Shown here: in pieces, positions 50,452 to 58,982 of the stretch | Position numbering within the stretch: the stretch's first letter is position 1 | Layout of the letters: every line of letters starts with the position of its first letter | NCBI GenBank assembly: GCA_963422615.1 | Contig: OY730414.1 | Span: 1,410,302 to 1,474,301 of the forward strand | DNA length: 64,000 nucleotides | Source: Longimicrobiales bacterium | Lineage (GTDB): Bacteria; Gemmatimonadota; Gemmatimonadetes; Longimicrobiales; Gaopeijiaceae | Direction of reading: 5' to 3' | The notes under the pieces: model-generated | Told to the model about the DNA's origin: nothing | Database searches by the model: none | What the model saw: the letters and a program-made list of their open reading frames with translations, nothing else | Program-made: the position numbers and the translations under genes

Positions 50452-51732
50452 ATGCTGAACAAAGACCCATCCCGCATGTCCCGGAGGGCGTGGCTCGCCG
50501 CCGGTCCGGGGGCGGCTGCGGCGGGCTTATGGATGACCCGTTCTGACGCCCTCGTGGGCGGGGGGCAGGAAGCCATTGCCGGTGCGACGTCCTCCCCGGG
50601 GAGCGACCCCACCAAGGTGCCTGGGCGCTTCGTCTCCGAAATAGGGAGGCGGGCGCCGGGGGAACAGCCCCGCCGCCTGATTCGTACCCTGGCCCTTTCG
50701 AGTTCATCGCGCACTCCCATTCACGAGCTCCACGGCACCATCACCCCCTCGGATCTTCACTTCGAAAGGCACCACGCCGGGGTGCCCGACATTGGGGTGG
50801 GGAGCCACGAGTTGCTCGTCCACGGAATGGTTGAGCGTCCGATGGTCTTTCGGATGGAGGACCTCAAGCGGTACCCCCGGGTGTCGCGCATCTGTTTCGT
50901 CGAGTGTTCCGGTAACGGAGGGGGAGCGTACAGCCGGGACCGGATGCCCACGGAAATCACGGCCCAACAGCTTGACGGGCTCCTGAGCACCAGCGAATGG
51001 ACCGGCGTGATGCTGTCTACAATTCTTCGGGAAGTCGGGGTCCGCCCGGGGGCGAGCTGGTTGCTGGCCGAGGGTGCGGACGCTGCGGTCATGGCGCGCA
51101 GCGTTCCCCTTGAGAAAGCGATGGACGATGCAATGCTCGCCTATGGGCAGAACGGGGAGGCGATCCGGCCGGAGCAGGGCTACCCGGTTCGGCTGCTGCT
51201 TCCCGGGTGGGAAGGGAACGCCCAGGTGAAGTGGTTGCGGAGGATCGAGATCAGCGACCGGCCTACCATGACCCGGGACGAGACCTCCCGTTACACCGAT
51301 CCGCTCAAAGACGGAACCGCGCGTCAGTTCAGCTTCGTGATGGACGCAAAATCCGTCATCACGTTTCCGTCATACCCGTACATCTTGCCTGAACGGGGCT
51401 GGTGGGGGATCGAGGGTCTGGCATGGACGGGACGGGGCCGGATCGTCCAGGTCGACGTCAGCACGGATCGAGGGCGGTCGTGGACGGCGGCTCGACTCCA
51501 GGGACCGATCCTCTCGAAGTCCACGGTGCGTTTTTCCCATCTGTGGCGGTGGGACGGCCGGGAAACGGTGATCATCAGCCGCGCGACCGACGAGACCGGG
51601 TACGTGCAGCCGACCATCCACCAGCTCTGGGAAGCCCGAGGGGAGAGAACCGCCTACCACCATAATCACCAACGGGCCTGGAAGGTTGCCCCGGACGGGG
51701 CCGTGACGTTCGGGCTGGGGGACCTGCTGTGA
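50452..51732 (+). CDS. soxC: molybdopterin sulfite/sulfane dehydrogenase, SoxC-like
   Basis: Tat-like SRRAWL; GTITPSDLHFERHHAG, FVECSGN (Mo Cys), QNGEAIRPEQGYPVRL, KWL, VDVSTDRG. Confidence 0.88.
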   Translation: MLNKDPSRMSRRAWLAAGPGAAAAGLWMTRSDALVGGGQEAIAGATSSPGSDPTKVPGRFVSEIGRRAPGEQPRRLIRTLALSSSSRTPIHELHGTITPSDLHFERHHAGVPDIGVGSHELLVHGMVERPMVFRMEDLKRYPRVSRICFVECSGNGGGAYSRDRMPTEITAQQLDGLLSTSEWTGVMLSTILREVGVRPGASWLLAEGADAAVMARSVPLEKAMDDAMLAYGQNGEAIRPEQGYPVRLLLPGWEGNAQVKWLRRIEISDRPTMTRDETSRYTDPLKDGTARQFSFVMDAKSVITFPSYPYILPERGWWGIEGLAWTGRGRIVQVDVSTDRGRSWTAARLQGPILSKSTVRFSHLWRWDGRETVIISRATDETGYVQPTIHQLWEARGERTAYHHNHQRAWKVAPDGAVTFGLGDLL

Positions 51733-52448
51733 TGGGCGCCGGGCCGGGGAGGAAGGGTCTGCGTCGCCCTCCCTCCGAGGTCCCCGAAGGCCCACGCGGG
51801 TTCGTTCGCCAGTCGGGTCGGCGCCCGGTTCGGCGGGATTGTCCAGGGGTGGTTGCCCTCGCCCTCACGATGTGCTTTGCCTCCGGTTGTGCTCCGGACC
51901 CGCCGGAGAGGGGTTCCAGCGTCGCATACGCGGTGTCTTCCACCCCGGATGCAACCGATTGGCTCGGGACTGCCCCGGATCGTTTCGGCTTCGGTTCCCC
52001 CGCGTCGGAAGCCCGGATCGCCCGCTGGGACATCGACGTCAAACCCGACGGGGAGGGGCTCCCCGCCGGGAGCGGATCCGTCGCAGAAGGACGGCGGGTC
52101 TACGAAGTGCAGTGCCTCCAGTGTCACGGGCCGACGGGGACCGAGGGTCCGAATGACCGCATTGCCGCAACCGACGAGTGGGGGCAGTGGCCGACAGGAA
52201 GGGCCGTGGGGAGCTACTGGCCGTACGCCACGACCCTCTTCGACTACGTGAGACGGGCCATGCCCCAAGCGACTCCGGGATCGCTTACCGACGAGGAAGT
52301 CTACGCGGTCGTTGCATATGTCCTCCACCTCAACGGCTTGATCCCTGCCGACGCGGTGATGGAAGCCACGACCCTTGCCGCTGTAGAGATGCCGGCCCGA
52401 AACCGCTTCGTACCCGACGACCGTGTGGGGGGCCCCGAGGTCCGCTAA
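51729..52448 (+). CDS. monoheme cytochrome c, SoxD-like
   Basis: WDIDVKPDGEGLPAGSGS, CLQCHG, GSYWPYATTLFDYVRRAMP, MPARNRF. Confidence 0.85.
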   Translation: MMGAGPGRKGLRRPPSEVPEGPRGFVRQSGRRPVRRDCPGVVALALTMCFASGCAPDPPERGSSVAYAVSSTPDATDWLGTAPDRFGFGSPASEARIARWDIDVKPDGEGLPAGSGSVAEGRRVYEVQCLQCHGPTGTEGPNDRIAATDEWGQWPTGRAVGSYWPYATTLFDYVRRAMPQATPGSLTDEEVYAVVAYVLHLNGLIPADAVMEATTLAAVEMPARNRFVPDDRVGGPEVR

Positions 52449-52490
52449 ACCCTTTGGGCCGGGAGTCCACGTCTGGTACCCCAGGTACAG

Positions 52491-52751
52491 GAGGCCGGGC
52501 CGCACCCGATCTTCGTGCTCCGGGCGTAACCTTGGATGGGGCGCGAATACGCGTCCCATCCGGCTCCCGAATCATGCCTCTGCTTCCCCTGGTTCGTCCT
52601 CATACGCGGGGAGCATCCGGCCCGCCGCCTTGCGCCCGTTCCCGCCCGAACCTTATTGTGGAATCTTGCTTTCGGGAAAGCCGCTGTTCGGACGGGCGGT
52701 ACGTTTCCGTTTGTCTTAAGCCATTTGGGCCGGGTGGGTGAACTCGGCCTT
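52491..52751 (+). ncRNA. structured intergenic RNA candidate (6S RNA position or rny leader)
   Basis: ends pair (AGGCCGGG/CTCGGCCT, CACCCG/CGGGTG) with internal hairpins; between zapA region and rny. Confidence 0.35.
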
Positions 52752-52762
52752 GAGGAGAATAC

Positions 52763-54331
52763 ATGGATCCGCTGGGGATGTTCCTGGCGGTGGGCGCGGC
52801 CGTTGCCGCGGTTGTAGCGTTCCTCGTCGGGAGAGGCAGAGAACGCGCGCGGCAGCGAAAAGAGAAGGAAGCGGCACGGGACGCAGCGTCCCTGATCCGC
52901 AGGGAGGCTGAGGAAGAAGCTGCAAGACTGCGCCAAGCCGCCGAGCTGGAAGCCAGAGAGGAAGTGCTTCGCCTCAGGGAAACCTGGGAGACGGAGGAGA
53001 GGCGTCGCCGAGACGACATTGATCAGGGTGAACGAAGGCTTCTGGATCGGGCCGCCGCGGCCGACCGGAGGTCCACTCGGCTTGACGATCGCGAAAGTTC
53101 GCTAGAGGAGCGAGGCCGGAGCCTTGAGGATCAGGCGCGGCGGATCGCCGATAGAAACGCCGAGGTCGGCCGTACGCTGGCGGAGGCCCGGACCCGCCTG
53201 GAGGACCTCGCCGGCATTTCCGGGGAGGAGGCCAAAGCCCGCTTGGTCGCCGAACTTGAGGACCAAGCCCGGGCGGAGGCCGCCCATATCGTTCGAGAGA
53301 TCACGGACCAGGCCCAGCGGACCGCCCAACAGGAGGCCAAGCGGGTGGTGGCCATGGCGATTCAGCGTATGGCAGCAGACGAGACTGCCCACCTCACCGT
53401 ATCGGTTGTCCCCTTGGCTTCGAACGAGATGAAGGGCCGAATCATCGGCCGCGAAGGACGCAACATCCGAGCCTTTGAGTTGGCTACGGGTATCGATGTC
53501 ATCGTTGATGATACGCCGGGAACTGTGGTTCTGTCGGGGTACAACCCGATCCGCAGGGAAGTCGCCAGGGTGGCCCTTGCGGAGCTCATCCAGGATGGGC
53601 GGATACACCCCGGTCGGATCGAGGAGGTCGTTTCCGGCAGCGAAAAGAAGGTCCAGGAGGACATGCGGACGGCAGCGGAAAAAGTGCTCTACGAGCTGGG
53701 AGTCCACAACGTGCACACCGAGATCGTGAAGACCTTGGGGCAATTGAAGTTCCGGACCTCGTTCGGCCAGAACCAGCTCGCCCACGCCAGGGAGGTTGCC
53801 CTGCTTGCCGGCAGTATGGCCGCCGAGATGGAGCTGGACGTACGGATGGCCCGAAGGGCGGGGCTGCTCCACGACGTGGGCAAGGGGCTGACGCATGAGC
53901 AGGAGCACACGCACGTGGAGCTTGGCTACCGGCTGTGCAAGCGGTTCGGTGAACCGGATTTGGTGCTGAACGCGATCAAGGCCCATCACGACGAGGAACC
54001 GCACAGGTATGCGGAAGCGTGGCTCGTTACGGCCGCCGACGCCATCAGCGGATCCCGTCCCGGGGCCCGCCACGAGATGTTCGAAGGGTATGTGAAGCGG
54101 CTGGAAAAGCTCGAGGAGGTCGCCAACCAACAACCCGGCGTCGTCAGGTGCTTCGCGATTCAGGCGGGCCGCGAGCTTCGGGTTATGGTAGAGCCGGAAC
54201 AGGTGTCCGACCGGGGCATGACGCGGATCTCGAAGGCCGTGGCGAGGAAGATCGAGAATGAGCTTCAGTACCCCGGACAGATCAAGGTCGTGGTAATCCG
54301 GGAGACGAGAGCCGTCGATTTCGCTCGTTAG
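52763..54331 (+). CDS. rny: ribonuclease Y
   Basis: N-terminal TM, coiled coil, KH MKGRIIGREGRNIR, HD LLHDVGK, AIQAGRELR. Confidence 0.97.
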   Translation: MDPLGMFLAVGAAVAAVVAFLVGRGRERARQRKEKEAARDAASLIRREAEEEAARLRQAAELEAREEVLRLRETWETEERRRRDDIDQGERRLLDRAAAADRRSTRLDDRESSLEERGRSLEDQARRIADRNAEVGRTLAEARTRLEDLAGISGEEAKARLVAELEDQARAEAAHIVREITDQAQRTAQQEAKRVVAMAIQRMAADETAHLTVSVVPLASNEMKGRIIGREGRNIRAFELATGIDVIVDDTPGTVVLSGYNPIRREVARVALAELIQDGRIHPGRIEEVVSGSEKKVQEDMRTAAEKVLYELGVHNVHTEIVKTLGQLKFRTSFGQNQLAHAREVALLAGSMAAEMELDVRMARRAGLLHDVGKGLTHEQEHTHVELGYRLCKRFGEPDLVLNAIKAHHDEEPHRYAEAWLVTAADAISGSRPGARHEMFEGYVKRLEKLEEVANQQPGVVRCFAIQAGRELRVMVEPEQVSDRGMTRISKAVARKIENELQYPGQIKVVVIRETRAVDFAR

Positions 54332-54418
54332 AATCCGCAACGTATCGGCGCGTCGGGAGCCGCTCCCGGTTGCGTTCCCGCCCCCCAAGGAAAGACGAAT
54401 CCAACAGACGGAGCCCCC

Positions 54419-55327
54419 ATGGCGGCAAAGATCATTTCAGGGACAGCAATCGCCCGCACGATTCGGGACGAACTCAACGAGCAGGTGACCGGGCTGGCGA
54501 AGGAAGGACGGGTGCCTGGCCTCGCCACCGTCCTGGTCGGGGAGAATCCGGCCAGCCGGCTGTATGTGGGCATGAAGAACAAGGCCGCGGCCGAAGCGGG
54601 AATCCACTCCCGCCAGGTGACGCTACGGGATTCGACAAGCGAAGCCGAGCTCCTCGCCACGGTCGCCGAGCTGAACGCCGACCCCCGAATTCACGGCATC
54701 TTGGTGCAGCTTCCCTTGCCCCGCCAGATTGACGAGGCCAGGGTCCTGCTGGCCGTGGATCCGGAAAAGGACGTGGACGGATTTCACCCCCTGAACGTCG
54801 GGCGGCTTGCCATCGGAGATCCCGATGTTCTGGTTCCCTGCACCCCGCGGGGCGTCATTGAGCTGCTCCTCCGAAGCGGAAACGACCCGGCCGGAAAGCA
54901 CGTCGTGGTCGTCGGTCGGTCGAACATCGTGGGTAAACCCATGGCCTTCCTGTTGCTCCGACGAGCCCGGGGGGGGAACGCTACGGTCAGCGTCGCCCAC
55001 AGTCGGACCGCCGACCTGGGAGGACTCACCCGCCGGGCCGATGTGCTCATCGTCGCGGTAGGCCGCCCCGATACGATCACGCGGGAGATGGTCAAGCCCG
55101 GCGCGGCTGTGATCGACGTGGGGACGAACCGGGTGGAGGACCCATCCCGGGAGCGGGGGTACCGGATCGTGGGTGATGTAGACTTCGAAGGCGTCAGGGA
55201 AGTCGCTTCCGCCATCACGCCGGTTCCGGGCGGTGTGGGTCCCATGACCATCGCCATGCTCCTGGCCAACACGGTGGAAGCCGCGATCCGCCAACGGGCT
55301 GCCGGGGAAGGTAACCCGGTCGGGTGA
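54419..55327 (+). CDS. folD: methylenetetrahydrofolate dehydrogenase/cyclohydrolase
   Basis: GILVQLPLP, KDVDG, PCTP, GRSNIVGKP, TPVPGGVGPMT. Confidence 0.97.
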   Translation: MAAKIISGTAIARTIRDELNEQVTGLAKEGRVPGLATVLVGENPASRLYVGMKNKAAAEAGIHSRQVTLRDSTSEAELLATVAELNADPRIHGILVQLPLPRQIDEARVLLAVDPEKDVDGFHPLNVGRLAIGDPDVLVPCTPRGVIELLLRSGNDPAGKHVVVVGRSNIVGKPMAFLLLRRARGGNATVSVAHSRTADLGGLTRRADVLIVAVGRPDTITREMVKPGAAVIDVGTNRVEDPSRERGYRIVGDVDFEGVREVASAITPVPGGVGPMTIAMLLANTVEAAIRQRAAGEGNPVG

Positions 55328-56643
55328 ACAACCGGAATCTGGATCTCTTCCTGGACGGCCCGCCCGTGGGTGCGGGAGAACATCCTCCTCCGACCCCGCC
55401 CGGGGCCGTCCACCCCGCCGTCCGCCCCCGGATCTGGACCGTTGCTCAGGTCAACCGGGCCGTTCGCCTTCTTCTCGAACAGACCCTGAGCCGACTCTGG
55501 GTCGCAGGAGAAGTGGCCAACTTCAGCCGTCGCCGGTCCGGCCACTGTTACTTCACGCTTAAGGACGACGCGGCCCAGCTCCGGTGTGTCATGTTCCGCC
55601 GAGAAGCCGCCCGACTCCCCATGGACCCCGAAGAAGGCATGACGTTGCGGGTCTTCGGAAGACTGACCCTGTACGAAGCCAGAGGCGGCTACCAGATGGT
55701 GGTTTCCAGGCTGGCGACCGAGAGCGACGGCGGGATGTGGAAACTCGCGCTTGAACGCCTTCGGAAGCGGCTGGAAGCCGAGGGGCTGACCGATCCCGCC
55801 CGCAAGCGGAGTCCGCCGCGTTTTCCCCGGACCGTGGGGGTCGTCTCCTCTCTTGAGAGCGCAGCCCTCCGGGACATTTTGTCCGTCATCGGGAGGCGCG
55901 CTCCCTGGGTGCGCTTGGTCGTACGGGGAACGAGGGTCCAGGGGGAGGGGGCGAGCCTGGAGATCGCGGCGGCGATATCCATCCTGGCCTCCCGGGGTGT
56001 GGATGTCCTCATTGTGGCTCGGGGTGGCGGCTCCGTAGAGGACCTGTGGAGCTTCAACGAGGAACCCGTCGCCCGGGCGGTGGCTGCCAGTCCCGTGCCC
56101 GTGATTTCGGGGGTGGGGCACGAGACGGATGTGACCATCTGCGACTTGGTTGCCGATCTGAGGGCGGCCACGCCCTCGGCTGCTGCGGAGGCCGCGGTGC
56201 CCGAGCTGGAGGCGGTGGAGAGCACGTTGGAACGGCTCGCCCAGCGGCTCGGATCGGCCCTTTCCGCCCGAGCCCGGTCCCGCCGCCGGCGACTGGACCG
56301 GGCTCACGTCGCTTTGCTTCGCCGGCTGCACCGCCTCGAAGCTGCCAGTCGGGACCGGTTGGAGAGGGGGCGGGTAGGGATGACCGTAGGCGTTCGCCGT
56401 CAACTCCGGCACAATGCCGACCGGCTGGCCGCTGCCGCGGCGGCCATGGAGGCCCTTTCGCCATTGTCTACCTTGGCCCGCGGCTACGCGGTACCCCTGG
56501 ACCTGGAGGGACGCCTTCTCCGCACAATTCGGGACTTCGCCTTAGGCCAGGACTTCAAACTGCGGGTTGTGGATGGGAATGTATCTTGTACGGTGACGCC
56601 GCCGCCCGCCCGGGAAGCGCCGGAGGCCGCCGTTGGCGCATGA
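55324..56643 (+). CDS. xseA: exodeoxyribonuclease VII large subunit
   Basis: SGHCYFTLKD, ARGGGSVEDLWSFNEE, GVGHETD, TPSAAAE, LARGYA. Confidence 0.96.
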   Translation: MNNRNLDLFLDGPPVGAGEHPPPTPPGAVHPAVRPRIWTVAQVNRAVRLLLEQTLSRLWVAGEVANFSRRRSGHCYFTLKDDAAQLRCVMFRREAARLPMDPEEGMTLRVFGRLTLYEARGGYQMVVSRLATESDGGMWKLALERLRKRLEAEGLTDPARKRSPPRFPRTVGVVSSLESAALRDILSVIGRRAPWVRLVVRGTRVQGEGASLEIAAAISILASRGVDVLIVARGGGSVEDLWSFNEEPVARAVAASPVPVISGVGHETDVTICDLVADLRAATPSAAAEAAVPELEAVESTLERLAQRLGSALSARARSRRRRLDRAHVALLRRLHRLEAASRDRLERGRVGMTVGVRRQLRHNADRLAAAAAAMEALSPLSTLARGYAVPLDLEGRLLRTIRDFALGQDFKLRVVDGNVSCTVTPPPAREAPEAAVGA

Positions 56644-57034
56644 ACGAAGGGCTCAAGGCCCGCCGTCGCACGAGACCGTTGCTCGGGAAGGGGGCCGGGG
56701 TGGTGCATCCGAATCCGAGGCCGGGCTGGAGGGTCGGCTAAAGCGGATCGAGGAGATCGTGGCTGCCCTGGACTCGGACTCCCTAGGGTTAGACCAGGCC
56801 CTGGCCCTCTTCGAAGAAGGGGTGGAGCACGTTCGGAGGGCCCGGGCCATTCTGTCCGCTGCCGAACTCAAGGTCGAAGAACTGATTGGGGCCCGTGGGG
56901 AGGAAACCCGGAGAATCCGTCCCGGGGGGGAAGAGGACGGGGCGCTTGGAGACAACCACGAATCCGGTCCGGTTCCCACGGTCCATGCGTCAAGGGAGCG
57001 TGGCGCCCCCCGGGGGCCCGGCGGCAATGCCTGA
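56633..57034 (+). CDS. xseB: exodeoxyribonuclease VII small subunit
   Basis: LKRIEEIVAALDS..LDQALALFEEGV..AELKVEEL core with low-complexity extensions. Confidence 0.85.
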   Translation: MAHERRAQGPPSHETVAREGGRGGASESEAGLEGRLKRIEEIVAALDSDSLGLDQALALFEEGVEHVRRARAILSAAELKVEELIGARGEETRRIRPGGEEDGALGDNHESGPVPTVHASRERGAPRGPGGNA

Positions 57035-57932
57035 GGAATCCTTCAGGGACTTTGTACACGCCCGCCGAAAGCGTGTCGAAGCCGCGCTGCGGCGTGCGTC
57101 GGCCGGGTTGATCAAGTTGGTACCACCGACGGTGTCGGCTGCGGCGGAAGACGGGATTGTCAGTGGGGGAAAACGCCTCCGTCCCCTCCTGGTGGTCACG
57201 GCCTGGGAGGAACTGGGGGACGAGCCTGCAGGCGACGCCATATTCGACTTGGCGGCGTCCGTCGAGCTCCTCCACGCGTACTCCCTCATGCACGACGACC
57301 TCCCTTGCATGGACGACGCACCGTTGCGAAGGGGCCTGCCTGCGCCGCATACGGTCCACGGGGTGGGCGCGGTCACTTTGGCTGGGGCGGTCCTGATCCC
57401 GTATGCCGGCGCAAGGGCATACGAAGCCGCCATCCACGCGGGCTGCCAGGCATCGGTGGCCCGAAACATCACCGTGCGCCTTTTGAGCGCCGCCGGGGCG
57501 GGCGGAATGATCGGCGGCCAAGCCCTTGACCTGTTGGGGGAGGGACGATCGCTGGAGGAAGGGGAGCTGGTTGCGCTCCACGGGCTCAAGACCGGGGCGC
57601 TTCTCTCGGCGTCTCTTGAAGTCGGGGCGATGGCGGCGGGGGTAAACGGGGCGACTTTGGCAGCCGTAGGGGGGTTCGGCAGGGACGTGGGGCTGGCATT
57701 CCAGGTCATGGACGACGTCCTGGATGCGACAGCATCTTCCGATACCCTTGGCAAACACCCTTCGGACGCAGAGCGGGCAAAGGCCACGTATGTTGCCCTT
57801 CTGGGTGTAGCGGGAGCGCGCTTCCGAGGGCGACAGCTGGTGGAGCGCGGTATGAAGGTTCTGGACGCCCAGGGCCTGGCTGTGCCCCGGTTGAGGGATT
57901 TTGCCCGCTTCGCAATCAACCGTCAGCGGTGA
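57027..57932 (+). CDS. ispA: polyprenyl diphosphate synthase (IspA-like)
   Basis: GGKRLRP, HDDLPCMD..RRG, GQALDL, KTGAL, AFQVMDDVLD. Confidence 0.92.
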   Translation: MPEESFRDFVHARRKRVEAALRRASAGLIKLVPPTVSAAAEDGIVSGGKRLRPLLVVTAWEELGDEPAGDAIFDLAASVELLHAYSLMHDDLPCMDDAPLRRGLPAPHTVHGVGAVTLAGAVLIPYAGARAYEAAIHAGCQASVARNITVRLLSAAGAGGMIGGQALDLLGEGRSLEEGELVALHGLKTGALLSASLEVGAMAAGVNGATLAAVGGFGRDVGLAFQVMDDVLDATASSDTLGKHPSDAERAKATYVALLGVAGARFRGRQLVERGMKVLDAQGLAVPRLRDFARFAINRQR

Positions 57933-58942
57933 ACGCCGTGCGCTTTCGCCGTATCGGGGTCGTCGGAAAGGACCTGCCCAGGCGGACGGGTGCGGGGCAG
58001 CATGGGAACAGGGAGGTCCCCGGCGGGAGCCACCGGGCCGCCGGTCTTTCCAGGAGGAGGGATGTCCGGCGGAGAGACGGAACCCGGCCTGCAAGGGGAA
58101 AAGACGAGATCGGGGACGCCTACCGGCGAATCGCTGCCTTGGCGAAGGAATTCGGAGCTTCGGTGGGCGTCGAACCGGTTTTGGCACGGGTTCTGGGAGG
58201 CACCGCCGTTGATCCAGCCGATGAAGCGGTGGACTTGGTGATCTCCCTGGGCGGGGACGGGACCCTTCTGCGGGCGGTCCGATTGGTTGCGGGTCGCAAT
58301 GTGCCCGTGCTGGGGATCAATCTGGGAAACCTGGGGTTCCTCACGTCCCTGTCCGCAGCCGGGATGGAGACCGGCCTCCGGCGGGTCCTGGGGGGGGAGT
58401 ACGAAATCGAGGAACGGAGAACCCTGGAAGCCGAGGTCCGATCTTTCGGAGCCGATTCGGGACGTACGTTTACGGCCCTCAACGACTTGGTGGTGCACAA
58501 GGCCGGCGCGGCTCGGGTCAGCCGCCTCGACTTGTGGGGGAGTCGGGGTCGCGAACCGGAAGCGATCGGAAGCTTCTCCGGCGACGGGGTGATCCTGTCC
58601 TCCCCGACCGGATCGACGGCCTACTCCCTCTCCGCCGGAGGGCCCATCGTCGTGCCCGGGCTGAACTGCTTTCTCGTCACGCCGATCCTTCCCCACACCC
58701 TGTCCGTTCGTCCCCTGGTCGTGCCCGGGGACAGAGAGATCATCGTGACGGCCCTGGACAGGGGCGAGTCCCTCTTCCTCACGGTGGACGGCCAGGACGG
58801 GGGTCCCATGAGGGACCGGGATCGACTGGTGGTACGGATGGGCGCTGCTCGAATCCGGCTCGTCCGGCTTCCGGGGCACTCCTTCTTCGCCACTCTCCGC
58901 CAGAAGTTGAACTGGGCCGCCCGGCCTGTGGAGGGGGGATGA
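57929..58942 (+). CDS. nadK: NAD(+) kinase
   Basis: LGGDGT, GINLGNLGFL, ALND, SPTGSTAYSLSAGGP, VDGQ. Confidence 0.95.
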   Translation: MNAVRFRRIGVVGKDLPRRTGAGQHGNREVPGGSHRAAGLSRRRDVRRRDGTRPARGKDEIGDAYRRIAALAKEFGASVGVEPVLARVLGGTAVDPADEAVDLVISLGGDGTLLRAVRLVAGRNVPVLGINLGNLGFLTSLSAAGMETGLRRVLGGEYEIEERRTLEAEVRSFGADSGRTFTALNDLVVHKAGAARVSRLDLWGSRGREPEAIGSFSGDGVILSSPTGSTAYSLSAGGPIVVPGLNCFLVTPILPHTLSVRPLVVPGDREIIVTALDRGESLFLTVDGQDGGPMRDRDRLVVRMGAARIRLVRLPGHSFFATLRQKLNWAARPVEGG

Positions 58943-58982
58943 AGGAATGGATGTGCTTGGCCGGGGACCCGCCGTTGTGGGG

